NCBI GenBank assembly: GCA_030390025.1
Contig: CM059438.1
Span: forward strand, 66,032,001-66,096,000
Direction: 5' to 3'
From: Squalus acanthias
Taxonomy: Eukaryota
DNA length: 64,000 bases
Below the pieces are notes generated by a model that worked only from the letters and a program-made list of their open reading frames with translations, searched no databases and was not told where the DNA came from. Made by a program: the position numbers and the translations under genes. Below are positions 12,487 through 25,594 of the stretch, in pieces. Each line of letters begins with the position of its first letter. Position 1 is the first letter of the stretch.

Positions 12487-14725
12487 ATAGAAACATAGAA
12501 ATTTGCGGCATGGAAGGAGGCCATTTGGCCCATCGTGTCTGTGCTGGCTGAAAAAAGAGCTATCCAGCCTAATCCTACTTTCCAGCTCTTGGTCCGTAGC
12601 CTTGTAGGCTGTAGCACTGCAAGTGCATATCCAAACACTTTTTAAATGTGATGAGGGTTTCTGCCTCTACCACCCTTTCAGGCAGTGAGTTCCAGACCCC
12701 CACCACCCTCTGGAAGAAAAAGGTTGTCCTCAACTCCCCTCTAATCCTTCTACCAATTACTTTGGCCGCGATTTTGCCGGCGCTCAACGGACCCGATTGG
12801 TGGCGGGTCAGCTGTGAAATTTAAAATGATTGACAGCAGGTCGCTGTCAAAACACGCACACCTGCATTTCCCGATGTTGGGACTGCCAGCGCTGAGCAGA
12901 CCCAACAGGCAGCGGTGGGGGACCCAATTCAAATCATTAGTGGCTTGTTTACAGCCACTTAACAATGCTTTTTTTCCTAGCTTTTTGAATTTGAGAGGTT
13001 GCCCACCGGTTTCCCACTGTGCCTAGACCTCATCTGTGAAGCTGAGGCGGGAGGTCACTTGCGAGCTTCACATGTCAAGTCAAAGCTCCCAGCTGATTGA
13101 GACATGTTTCTTTAACCGCTAGCTTCTCTAAACTGCATTTCCACTACAGATTCAGAATGCTGCAAGTCTTTACACAAGTCTCAATGCAGTCTGACCTCAT
13201 TACCTCTCCCACCATTGACATCGCTTCTGTCATCTCTACTTCACCTGCCATTTATTCTATCAGCATGGGTGCACTTTATACTGTCTCACCTTGGTCCTCA
13301 GAATCTGACCAGGAAAATCCCCAACAGGAGCATCACCAGGCACACCAGCAGCACCAACAACCACACCAACCTTCTCCGCAATCACCTGATACTGCACAGG
13401 ACATCAGCACCCGACCACGTTGCTGCCCGGGACGCCAGGGATGGCCTCACCATGGCATATTTACTTCACTTGACGCTGCATACCCTGACTGCCACATGAT
13501 GTGCTAGATTGGCACCACCCCACACCTACAACATAAAGCATCCCTACAATGTCCAAGCCATTATTTTCACACACATCAGCATTGGGGGTGGGGGTACCGT
13601 TTATGTCTCACCATTCACTGTAACTCACTGAGCCAATTCCAAAGGTGCACACAAATCTATCCAAGAACGCAAAGTGTTCAAAATAAAGATTTCAATGTTT
13701 GACAGCACATTAACAGAAACTTCACATGAAAATTGGCTAAAACACGCAAGTGCCTTACCCTTGTGTGTTGTTAGTTAGTGTGTTTGGATTAGGATGAGGG
13801 TGAGTGTGAGGGGTGGCTAGTGAGATGGGGAAGTGATAATGTAGATAGAGAGAGATGGGTGGAGGTGCAAGGTAAGTTGGTGTGAGTAAGGATGTTTGCA
13901 GGAGTAGGGTAGGGAAGGCAAAGTGATGGGGATGTGATGAGTGGCACAGCAGGATGAGGTTGAGTGTGGCTTTGCAGTAACGTTTCGTGATCTACTGAGA
14001 TCATTGAAAGGTTTGCGCCACTGCACCCTGGTCCTCCTGACGACATCCCTGCTTGTGTACTCCTGTGCAATGTGCAACCAGGCTGCGTTGATCTCCTGGG
14101 GAGGTCTCTTCTGCCCATTGGAAGGGAAGAGAACCTCCCTGTGTGCTGTGACTCCCTCCATAAGCATATGGAGGGAGTCATGGGAGAGCCTGGGTGCAGC
14201 CGTGCACCTCTGTGCAGTGCTTGTCAGTGTTTGCAGCACCTCAATGCTGTAGAACACTGACAGCACAAACAGTCAAAGTAAATTTGCGCATGGCGCATCT
14301 GATGACGCATCATCAAATGACATCATCAGACCTGCTTCCTTCAATTGGCTGGGAAACTCGCTGGGTGGGCTTAACAAGCGCAATCAGGGGAAAGTCATGT
14401 CAGAGGCCAGGTTGGAGACAGCAGCGAGGCCACGACCCGCCACCGATGTCGCCCGCCACGGACCCGCCGAGGTAGGGAAAATCGCGACCTTTAAATCTGT
14501 GCCCCCTGGTTATTGACCTCTCTGCTAAGGGAAATAGGTCCTTCCTATCCACTCTATCAAAGCCCTTCATAATTTTATACACCTCAATTAAGTCTCCCCT
14601 CAGCCTCCTCTGTTCCAAAGAAAACAACCCCAGTCTATCCAATCTTTCCTCACAGCTAAAATTCTCCAGTCCTGGCAACATCCTTGTAAATCTCCTCTGT
14701 ACCCTCTCTAGTGCAATCACATCTT
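12487..14725 (-). mobile_element. CR1 LINE 3' fragment split by a Harbinger derivative (CR1 parts 12487-12763 and 14490-14725)
   Basis: ORFs IALERVQRRFTRMLPG...RGHRFK and KVIGRRIRGEL join across the insert. The uninterrupted copy is at 32504-33695. Confidence 0.9.
12764..14489. mobile_element. Internally deleted PIF/Harbinger transposon
   Basis: TIRs ggccgcgatttt / aaaatcgcgacc with a TTT target duplication. It keeps the transposase N-terminus ([15 protein letters not shown], +) and Myb exon 1 (EVLFPSNG...WLHIAQE...RKPFNDL, -), both homologous to 53940-59131. Confidence 0.9.
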
Positions 14726-15089
14726 CCCTGAGTTCTGCCCAGTGCCCCTCTATAATGTTTAATCATGCTGTCACAGTGCAGTAAATATGCGGAGGTGGGC
14801 CTATAAGAGCAGTGTGTTGGACTTCACATTTCCACTCCAGTTTGCTTTTCTACTTCCTGCTGTCCACAAGATCTCAGCTGTTAGTGTTTTTGAAGATGCC
14901 AAGCAGAAGGAAGATATCGCCCCAGAGAGAGGGGCAAAGATCATCCCACGCACCTCGTGTACCTCCTCAGAGTAAACTATCTTTATTGGTACAAATTTAA
15001 TTTAATCCTCTGCCCTCCTCTCTTGTAGGTATTGACTCTTTGTGATACAATTACATGGTTGCAATTTGTCCTTCAGTATGTCACCCAAG

Positions 15090-15380
15090 TGGCCATTCTC
15101 TATATCTTTGAGGATGAGCGTTAACATGCTATTGAGCTATGAGACATCACTGTTGAACCCGATTCTTTTCTCTACCAGTGTTCACACACAAGCACTTTTA
15201 GCAGCGCTCAATAGATTGTGATGAGGAGTGGCAACCCTCGTTAATGCCCCCTCTTTGTAGTTCAAGAGGTAATCCTTAAGCTCTCGACTGTTGCCTTGAC
15301 TAAGATCAGCTATTTCAGCACACACTGGAAATCACACCGGGGGCTTAGTTGTTCTAGACAGTTCAGCTACTCACTTAATA
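15090..15380 (-). mobile_element. Old SINE-like repeat (family also at 24270-24590, 26420-26690, 51420-51720)
   Basis: Shares diverged motifs with the other copies (gatcagct..ttcagcac, aaatag..tgcc.ac.ct). Confidence 0.45.
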
Positions 15381-16724
15381 AAAACTCACTGAACCATTGA
15401 AGGAGCCACAGTCAACTTGAAGTGGCACTGACTGAGGTTTGGGAGCTGGTCCACCAGTTTGCCTAGAATATTGGGATGGGGGAAATTCCATGGAGACCAA
15501 AAGATGAAAAATTGACAAAATGATGATACCCTGTAAAAAATGTTATCGAATGAATTATGAGAGTTAGAGTTGTATAAATTTATCGGGAAAATCATTGTGT
15601 ACAGGGCAGAATTTGATTTTAAGTCAACTCAGAAAATGTAACCATGGAACAAAATTAGGCCAAAGCAATTTATAGACAGGAGTTGTGAGGTCGAAGCACA
15701 AAGCAGAATTTCAAGCACAGAATGTCCCCCAGTTTCCTTTTACCTGTTTCTCTGACAGACGGGGTTGAACCCAAGGCTTCCCTGGGCTGTGTGGCTTTCG
15801 TAACATGGTGGCCAGTGCATCTACTTAAATAACCGTAAATCGCAGAGCTGCAGTTAGAATTTCTTAATGATCTTTTGCCAGATACAAAACTTTAGATGGT
15901 GCTTCGATGATTGCAGCCTAGTCACGGCTTCTCAGCACGGCATGACCGGCAGCTCAACAGAAGATAAAATCATAATCCTTACATTATTGGTTATGCGTGT
16001 AATTATCACCGTGATAACGACAGCTAATTGGACAACTTGCTCTCCTAATTAGGGCAGTTAGAATAATTCATTGTGTTTGTCTGGAATGTTATTTCAAAAA
16101 TTCTCTTTTGTAAAATAATTAACATAACTAGAAGCTTGAATTAAATAACACTGGTAACCCTTGAGCTAAAATATCCCGAAACATGAGTGGCTCAAGAGGA
16201 TGCCGTTGCTTGACATTTTACTTCAGTGAAGTATATTCTTCTGTCAGTGATGTAGGAAGGCAATAATTCAAAGGCTGTTGCTGCCTGACATCTCCAGTTG
16301 ACGTCCCACAGTGGAAACTATTTTAATGTTTTGAAGGCTGCCGAAAATAATTGAAAACCGTAATCCAATTTTGTTGAGTTTATCCCGAGGGTCTCATAAG
16401 TATTGGCAGAATTTTTCTGGCTTTAAGCGATGTAATATTGGCCTTTAAGTCAAAGAAGTGACCCTGAGCATGTGATAACATATTGAGACACTCTGCAACT
16501 CTCTGGGTATTAATTTACTACAAGGGGCCCCAAATCCTGTCAATTTTAGTGCGCTGCGCTTACTAATAAGGTAAAATTACCAAGTATAAATACCTTTTAA
16601 ATCAGAATCTTTTAGAAGAAAATGGTTTATAATTGGTTGGGGCTGGAGAAATATCATGCATCATTTTTATCACAAGACTGACATATTACTTGGTGTGTTT
16701 TAACATGATTCACGTCATCAAATT

Positions 16725-16865
16725 CATAGAATTATAGAATCATGCATCACAGAAGGAGGCTATTCGGCCCATCGTGCCAGTGCCAGCTCTTTGAAAGAGC
16801 TAGCGAATTAATCCCACTCCCCTGCTCTTTCCCCATAGCCCTGCATTTTTTTCTTATTCAAGTAT
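16725..16865 (-). mobile_element. CR1 LINE 3' tail
   Basis: catagaattatagaatc tail and gaaggaggc.attcggcccatc motif. Confidence 0.75.
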
Positions 16866-17548
16866 ATGTTATGTAAAAAAAAACTTTGCCAAACAATTTT
16901 TCATGCAGGCCCTTCCATTTGAATGTATTTTTGTATTATCTGGAGGATGATAGACAGTAGGCAGTACTTTAGAAGGCAGTAATTGATGCGAGGAGTTCTG
17001 CTGAGGTGGTGAGCAGTTTGCAGCGCAGTCTGAACCCTGAGTTAGAATTTACGGGCTTGTTTCTCTTATGGACTTTTTCGTACCACTTGTACAGCAATGT
17101 GTTTGTGTACGGTACTAAAGCTGGCCAATATTTTTTAGTTGTACTGGTTTGTTGGCCACTGTGGAGTCAAGTTCACGAATGATTTAGGACAAAGGGTAAT
17201 TCAGACAAAGATTGGCAACAGAGCTGAAGGCAAACCTATTCCTATTACTGGGAATGCGCTAAGCCAAGATTTCAGTAGTGGTGATCTGTCTGTTGCCTTT
17301 CATTTGTTTCATTATTGTCCACTTCTCTCTTGCTCTTTGTGCAATCCTCTATTGGTGGGTTTCATGGTTGACAGACAACTTGTCCTTGGGCTTCTACCAG
17401 TGCTTTCCCTTAGGTGGCAGGTTGGAGGCAAGTGACCATTCCCCTGTGATTCTTAGCGAGGAATTACCTGCCCTCTGAATGGCACCATCCCACAGCAGTG
17501 TAGCTGAGATCAGGAAGCTTGCTGTGGAACGAAATTTCAAAGGGTTTA

Positions 17549-17901
17549 CAGGAAACTCTCGTTTAAACGGCACCTAAATATCCGGAATTCTCTATTAACC
17601 GGCAAAATTCATACTCCGAAAACACCACCTCAATAACCGTTTTGTTTTACTGTTAAGTAATTAAAGAGTTCTGGATTACCCTCAACTGGCAGTACTGTAT
17701 TTAATCAAGCATCTTCCACCATCCATTTAACACAACATTCTGTAGGTGAGTACCCAATTACTGTATACTGCACATTTCTTGATTTTTTTATTTTTGTTTG
17801 TTAAAAATAGCCTCGGTAGATAACCCTCTCCGTCATCCGGAATTTTTAATCAACCGGCACCATCCCGGTCCCGTCAGTGCTGGATACCAAAGAGTTTCCT
17901 G
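17549..17901. mobile_element. Tc1/mariner (pogo/Tigger-like) MITE
   Basis: TIRs caggaaactct / agagtttcctg flanked by TA on both sides (17547-17548, 17902-17903). Confidence 0.8.
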
Positions 17902-18324
17902 TAATAACTTGGAGCCTCAACTCACTCTGACATCCTTCTCTGTAAGATTTTATAAATAGGGGTATGCACAGAGTGCACCAACGTGCAGGGCTGCAGACTG
18001 CTGAGCCACAGTTTCTAACCTCCATACTGCTGAGTATCCACCTCAAGTCATCCCACTGTGGCAAACACTGAGCAGAGCCCAGGCACTAGCATCCTGGTTG
18101 GTACAACGGCATTGGCGGAGCAGTGGAAGCAGACATGGCGTTTTTGGTGCGTGATTGGCGGGACCAGTGGAAACGAGTTTGTCATGTATATCAATCTCCT
18201 CCGGCATTGCCCAGCTCTCCACCACCACCTCTCTCGACCCCTCTGCTGCCTCTGATTTGTCATGCTGCTCGTCCGACGCCTAGTATTGGATGAGCAGAAA
18301 TTTCCAGAACAGAAAGCTCTGACA

Positions 18325-18522
18325 TAACCCTCTCCGCCTCTCTACCTCTCTGTCCTCCTTTAAGATGCTCCTTAAAACCTACCTGTTTGACCAAGCTTTT
18401 GGTCACCTGTCCTAATATCCCCTTGGGTGGCACGGTGTCAAATTTTGTTTGACAATGCTCCGGTGATGTGCCTTGAGACATTTTACTATGTTAAAGGCGC
18501 TAGATAAATACAAGTTTTTGTT
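18325..18522 (+). mobile_element. L2-type LINE 3' tail
   Basis: ctccttaaaacctacc..tttgaccaagcttttggtcacc...ggcgctagataaatacaag. The same tail occurs at 24690-24885 and its terminus is shared with the Deu SINEs. Confidence 0.6.
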
Positions 18523-19036
18523 GGTGCAAGTCAGATAATATGTTGTTTATAGGGACAGTAGTTTGATACCGGACATAATATTATTCCGCGAAGGTGGAGA
18601 TAATGTCCTGTTAAGGCAACGGCATTTAATTGTTATCAAGGATGCATTTACACTGGAGCTGCTGGCCTGAGACGAGTAGCTTCGTCAGGTTCTGGCCAGC
18701 ACAGCTCTCTTAACGTTGCTTACTTCCTGTCTGGCTAGAAAGTGCTCTGTATCTGTTTAGCAGAGAGCTCTTTGCATTCCTCGATACATGCCTATGCAGA
18801 GCTGTCTGCCAAACGTTAGAACCATTTTTTCGATCCCAAGGAGGAGGGAATCTTTGAACTCTTCAACACTTAAATTGTGATCAAGTAGATTTCCCAAGTG
18901 TGCTGAGCACTTTGAAAAGCAGGTTTGAATCTAAACTGGATTTACACTGCACCTAGTATCAAACTGGAGCAAGTGTGAAACTACACCTTCACCAGGGAAT
19001 TTCATTTCACTTAAGCTCTGCATTCGGATGGGACAC

Positions 19037-19710
19037 TAGCCGAATCCCCCACCATCAACATCCTGGGGGTCACCATTGACCAGAAACTTAACTGGACCAG
19101 CCACATAAATACTGTGGCAACAAGAGCAGGTCAGAGGCTAGGTATCCTGCGGCGAGTGTCTCACCTCCTGACTCCCCAAAGCCTTTCCACCATCGACAAG
19201 GCACAAGTAAGGAGTGTGATGGAATACTCTCCACTTGCCTGGATGAGTGCAGCTCCAACAACACTCAAGAAGCTCGACACCATCCAGGACAAAGCAGCCC
19301 GCTTGATTGGCACCCCATCCACCACCTTAAACATTCACTCCCTCCACCACCAGCGTACCGTGGCTGCAGTGCGTACCATCTACAAGATGCACTGCAGCAA
19401 CTCGCCAAGGCTTCTTCGGCAGCACCTCCCAAACCCGCGACTTCTTCCACCTAGAAGAACAAGGGCAGCAGGCGCATGGGAACACCACCACCTCCAAGTT
19501 CCCCTCCAAGTCACACACCATCCTGACTTGGAAGTATATCGCCGTTCCTTCATCGTCGCTGGGTCAAAATCCTGGAACTCCCTCCCTAACAGCACTGTGG
19601 GAGTACCTACACTACACGGACTGCAGCGGTTCAAGAAGGTGGCTCACCACCACCTTCGCAAGGGTAATTTGGGATGGGCAGTAAATGCTGGCCTTGCCAG
19701 AGACGCCCAC
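19037..19710 (+). mobile_element. CR1/L2-group LINE ORF2 3' end
   Basis: ILGVTIDQKLNWTSHI...KAQVRSVMEYSPLAW...WNSLP, typical post-RT C-terminal motifs. Confidence 0.85.
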
Positions 19711-19714
19711 ATAC

Positions 19715-22140
19715 TATGGGCCATAGCCTTTCCTGTATCCAGTGCGCTCAGCCGTTTCTTGATATCACGTGGAGTGAATCGAATTGGCTGAAGACTGGCT
19801 TCTATGATGGTGGGGACCTCAGGAGGAGGCCGATATGGATCATCCACGCGGCACTTCTAGCTGAAGATGGTTGCAAACGCTTTATCCTTGTCTTTTGCAC
19901 TCACGTGCTGGGCTCCACCATCATTGAGGATGGGGATATTCATGGAGTCTCCTCCTCCTGCTAGTTGTTTAATGGTCCACCACCATTCACGACTGGATGT
20001 GGCAGGACTGCAGAGCTTTGATCTGATTGTTGATTGAGTAATCGGTGAGCCCTGTCTATAGCATGCTGCTTCTGCTTTTTAGCATGCATGTAGTCCTGTG
20101 TTGCAGCTTCCCCAGGTTGGCACCTCATTTTTAGATACGCCTGGTGCTGCTCCTGGCATGCTCTTCTACACTCCTTCATGAACCAGGGTTGGTAATGGTA
20201 GAGTGAGGGATATGCCGGGCTATAAGGTTACAGATTGTGGTGGAATACAATTCTGCTGCTGCTGATGGCCCACAATGCCTCATGGATGCCCAGTTTTGAG
20301 CTGCTAGATCTATTCTGAATCTATCCCATTTAGCATGGTCGTAGTGCCACACAACACGATGGAGGGTGTCCTTAGTGTGAAGCCGGGACTTCGTCTCCAC
20401 AATGACTGTGCGGTGGTCACTGCTACCAATGATGTCATGGACAGATGCATCTGAGACAGGTAGATTGGTGAGGACGAGGTCAAGTCGGTTTTTCCCTCGT
20501 AGTTGGTTCTCTCACCAACTACTGTCGCAGGCCCAGACTGGCAGCTATGTCCTTTAGAACTCAGCCAGCTCAGTCAGTAGTGGTGCTACCGAGCCACTCT
20601 TGGTGAGGGACATTGAAGTCCCCCACATTCTGTGCCTTTGCTACTCTCAGTGCTTCTTCCAAGTGGTGTTCAACATGGAGGAGTACTGAATAATCAGTTG
20701 AGGGAGGGCGGTAGGTGGTAATCAGCAGGAGGTTTCCTTGCCCATGCTTGACCTGAAGCCATGAGACTTCATGGGGTCCGGAGTCAATGTTGAGGACTCC
20801 CAGGGCCAATCCTTCCCGACTGTATAGTGCTGCCACCCTGGTGCCGGTGGGACAGGACATACCCAGGGATGGTGATGGAGGAGTTTGCGACATAGGCTGA
20901 AAGATATGATTCTGTGAGTATGACTATGTCAGTCTGTGGGACAGCTCTCCCAATTTTGGCAGAAGTCCCCAGATGTTGGTGAGGAGGACTTTTCAGGGTT
21001 GACTGGACTGTTCTCGTGTCCGTAGTCGATGCTGGGTGGTCTGTCCAGTTTTATTCTTATTATTGGCCCAAAAATTAGTGAGTGAGCCTTCGTGCGAGGG
21101 TAAGGCTTCCCCGCGATCTCTCACTGCGCGCTGGCTTTTTCAGTCCCAGCTCGCACGAACTTGATGTTCTGGACAGCAGCTGTGCAGGGCTTTCGTATCC
21201 CACAGGCGCAGTTAATTCATGCGAGCTGTGGGATCACGTGACTCAGTTAGAGCCAATGGCAACACACCATCTTTCATTCATAGCTTTCACAGCACGGCTG
21301 TGAAAGCTATGAATACTATACCCCCCCAAAAGAACAGCTAAACCTCAATTAAATTTAAAAAAAACCCATCACATTAATAAAATAAGTATAGTTAAATAAA
21401 TTAACCACTTTAAACAAAAAATTAAATTTTTTAAAAAATTTAAAATCTTTTAAAAAGTTATAAAAATAAACTTACCTTTCTTTAAAGTCTCTAAAAAAGA
21501 TATAGCTGTTGAAAAAAATTCAAAATAATACTTAATTAACTACTTACCTTGTTAAAAGAGGGTCTTACGCCTCCTTTCTTTATGTGTAAAATGTTCCATG
21601 CTTACCTGCGCGTTCAAAGCACTAAGTGCACTGCGTGCGCGCAGCCTGTAGCGCGCACGCGGTTCACCTAGGAACCGCCCCTTTTTGAAATCACCAAGTG
21701 CCGGTTTTCAGCGCATGCGCAGTGCATGCAGAAAACCGGCAATTGGAGACAGAATACGCGAGAGTACACAGTGCGTACTCTCGCGTAGTGGCACTAATTT
21801 TTGGGCCATTGTTTTTTGTAGCGGTTTGTTACAATGAGTGGCCATTTCAGAGGCCAGTTAAGAGTCAACCACATTGCTGGGGGTTTGGAGTCACATATAG
21901 GCCAGACCAGGTAAGGACGGCAGATTTCCTTTCCTAAAGGACATTAGTGAACCAGATGGGTTTTTAACGACAATCCGATAGTTTCATGGTCACCATAGCT
22001 TTTTATTCCAGATTTATTTAATTAACTGAATTTAAATTCCCTCAGCTGCCGTGGTGGGATTTGAACTCACGTCTCTGGATTATTAGTCCAGACCTCTGGA
22101 TTACTCGTCCAGTAACATAACCACTATGCTACTGTTCCCG
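19715..22140 (-). mobile_element. 5' part of a CR1/L2-group LINE (tRNA-like head, AP endonuclease, start of RT), split by MITE 21065-21807
   Basis: Minus-strand peptides YRPPS...GDFNV (APE), WHYDHAKWDRFRIDL and LSALDTGKAM; frameshifted. The 5' end has A-box TAGCATAGTGG and B-box GTTCAAATCC. Confidence 0.8.
21065..21807. mobile_element. Harbinger-type MITE
   Basis: Perfect 16-bp TIR ggcccaaaaattagtg / cactaatttttgggcc with an ATT target duplication. Confidence 0.9.
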
Positions 22141-23132
22141 TAAGTGCTCTGCATTCTTCATGCACAGTGGGGTCAGTTATAGGTCAATCTGCAGATCAGA
22201 ACCCTTAAATTGACAGCTCAATTAAGGTGGGAAACTGTGCAACGCTGGTATGTTCTGGGAAGGGAACAAGCTGAAACAGACCGCATTTTAAGATTGTTTT
22301 GCCTCTGTAAGAAAGGGAGCAGAGTGCAGGAGGTCGAAAGCATAAATGATCCTAAATCTAAGGCTTGTTAAAAATTAAAGCTCGCTTACATTTATACCGA
22401 GCTTGGGGCTGTTAACTTGATTTTACTTTATCTTAAACTTAGTTGTAAGTATTGAGAAAGTGGATGTCAGAGCTGGGGGTCGATCACATGGGAAGAATGA
22501 CCTGGAGATGTGGCACGATAAACTCTCCCAGTAAATTTGCGTGAGCTGTTTGATTATGATTGAATGAGACAAAAAGGCGTCAGAAGAACTGCTGCAAAAA
22601 AGTGTTGCCGGATGTGTGTCTGGTGTATGTTGTAAAAAAAAATTGCTATATTATTAATAAACATTAAAAATAGGCAGCTGAGCTAATCCTTCGACATCTA
22701 TCAAATGTATGAGTACTTTTGACTGTATATTCAATAGTAATTCACTGCCTATTTTTTTGCTCTACAAGATGTATTTGCATTTATGTAGCACCTTATCCCC
22801 TTGAAAGATCTCAGTGTTTCACACAATTAGTGACTTTTGGAGTGCAATACTTGCTGTGTAGAAACAGGTACAGCCATTCTTCCACAGTAGCAGATGAACG
22901 ACTTCAACGATTGTGCAATGAATGTGTCAAATGTCAGTGAAATTCTACTGTTTCTGTGCCTCATCCAATTTTATTATATTTTGGTGTTAATAGATTATCA
23001 AGTGCTTTCAATATACCTTTATATTTATGTTTCCAAATCAAGATAAATATGAAACAAGTGAATGCCAAATTGCAGTGGTCTCGGCCTCAAAATAATTCAC
23101 GCAGAAACTTTTGGCTTGTGATGTATTTAATA

Positions 23133-23745
23133 TAAGAACATAGGAACAGGAGGAGGCCATTCAGCCCCTCGAGCCTGTTCCACCATTCAATGAGATCATG
23201 GCTGATCTGTACCTCAACTCCATTTCACCACCTTTGGCCAATATCATTTGACACCCTTACATAATAAAACTCTATTAATGTTGGTCTTGAAAATTTCTAT
23301 TGATCCAGCATCCGCAGCCTTTTGGGAAAGGGAGTTCCAGATTGCCTATACCCTGTGTGTGGAAAAATGCTTTCTGATTTCATTGCTGAACGGTCTAGCT
23401 CTAATTTTAAGATTGTGCCCTTTTTGTTCTGGAATCCCCACCAGAAGAAATAGATTCTCTGTATCTACCCTATTGAATCCCTATCATTTTAAACACATCA
23501 GTGAGATCAACCCTCAACCTTCTAAAGTCAAGGGAATATAAGCCAAGTTTATGCAACCTGTCCTCCATAATTTAACCTTTTTCAGCCTTGGTATCACGCT
23601 GGTGAATCTGCATTGTATCTCCTCCAAGGCTCCTTCCTGAGGTGCTGTGGCCAAAACTGAATGTAGTTCTCCAAATGAGGTCTGGCCAATGCTCTGTACA
23701 ACTGCACCATAATCTCCTCTCCTTTGTATTCCAGTCCCCTTGAGA
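23133..23745 (-). mobile_element. CR1 LINE 3' fragment
   Basis: ataagaacatagg tail; minus translation LEEIQCRFTSVIPRLK. Confidence 0.8.
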
Positions 23746-24269
23746 TACATTTTCAATTCAAAATGACATAGTTAATGAACATTTTTCAGTAGGATTTTGT
23801 GATGTTTCTTTTGTATTATTATTGTCATCACGGAGGTGAAAATCATGTTCTATTAGGTGGGCCACTGCCCAATTTCTGATGGGGAAAATATTGACATGGC
23901 AATTAGAGTGTAAATCAGGGATTGCAACATACTTGGAATCCAAAGTTAATAAACTGAGTGGAATGTATCAAGGTGGTGCTCTGATACCATGGGGTGAAAG
24001 GTCATTTGTTCATGCCGAAGTTGTCCTCTGGTGAATCGCTGGTTTTGGTTGGGTGGCACTACTGTGAGGAGGGAATGTTATTTTGTGTAGGTGTGATCCT
24101 TGCCCTCAAGAAAGGAAGACAGAATCAAAACTCTCTCATATGTCCTGGTGCCTATCCAAGAATAATATTGGCAGATTTTTGGGGGGGAGTAAGTTGCTGT
24201 TTGCCTATTTGTTTAGTTGCACAATAAGAGGCAGGGAAAAAAATGTAATCGTATTAAATGTAGAATTGT

Positions 24270-24590
24270 GAGCTCTCCCAATGAGTCTACTGGATAAAAG
24301 CACCGAAGGTCCAAGCTGAACAGACCAGAAGGTCACAGGTTTCCTCCCTGGTCTGGACTGAGTGAGATGATCGGAGCCAGGGCAGCAGTCGTGGCACTAA
24401 AACCGGCCTTCATTGCTCCTGGATTTACGGAAGGGCAGAATCAGCCAGAGTTCACAAACTTGATTGTCATCCTGTGACCCTGAAGGGGATATGTGTGAGA
24501 ATGGAAATCAGATGAGGAAAGGATCGGGCTCAGCTGTGATGACTTCCACAGCAAAATAGTCAGCCAACACTTACTGTCTAGGCTAATGGG
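24270..24590 (+). mobile_element. Old SINE-like repeat
   Basis: Diverged similarity to 51420-51720 and to the reverse complement of 26420-26690. Confidence 0.45.
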
Positions 24591-24689
24591 GAGGCTGGCA
24601 GCTTAGGCCACATTGAGCTGCTGATGCCTAGGAATGGATGCCCACCAGTGGCAACCATGCCATCAGCCATCTAGGCCCTAACTCTGGGA

Positions 24690-24885
24690 TTCCCTCCCTA
24701 AAGCTCTCTGTCTCTCCACTCCTCCTCTAAAACCCTCCTTAAAACTTCCCTCTTTGACCAAGCATTTAGTCACCTGTCCTAATCGCTCCTTTGGCTCAGT
24801 ATCAATTTATATCTAATTACGCTCCTGTGAAGCACCTTGGGACATTTCCATACGTTAACGGTGCTATATAAATATCTTGTTGTTG
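24690..24885 (+). mobile_element. L2-type LINE 3' tail
   Basis: Matches 18325-18522 and ends gtgctatataaat...ttgttgttg. Confidence 0.6.
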
Positions 24886-25594
24886 AAATTGTGCCCAAGC
24901 AGAAGTCAGCTTCTTAAGGAGAAGAGGGAAAAAAATTCGGCCAATAAAAATGGGAGAATTGCGCCTGGGAAATATCAGAAAGAACTTGTTAAAAATGTAA
25001 TGGAATTACTGTTTAAAGTTTTTTTTTAATTCAATTACTGAATGAAGTAACGATCCTTATTTGGTGTACTCATTATCTGAGTGCTATCTCACCGAGAGAA
25101 TATTGTGTTGCTGTCAGTCAGTTCCCACATATCGATGTATTCAAACTGTTAATTTTCAAATAAAAAAAACTAAATTTGTAAAAGCCCGGAATATTGCTGA
25201 CCAGAACGGATTCCTCGAACAGGGCTGTAATAGAAGAATATTTTACACTGATAAGACTGTGGAATATTTCACAGCGTAACACAGCCACAGTACTTGATTC
25301 CTTGGCAATCGTAGTTCTGCTTAAAGTTTATACGAGACAGATTCTTTGACACACAGAGGTTTTTTTTTAAGGCTGACACACAGAAGCATCAATCATGCCG
25401 CTTATTAAAAATGCCATGGGCACCACTTTCTAATGTTACTTTAGCCCCACCTTTTTCTGTCAGTTTTCTCTAATCTCCCCTTTCTACAGTGGAGTACGAT
25501 TCCTCAGGCATTGTTCAGCGCTTTGAGACTTTCTACTACGTTAAAGGTGCTATATAAATGCAAGTTCTTGTTCACACGTGAGCCTAGACACTGA

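Noticed and set aside
22050..22140. tRNA gene
   Set aside because: A/B boxes are present but continue into a retroelement body; I see no complete cloverleaf.
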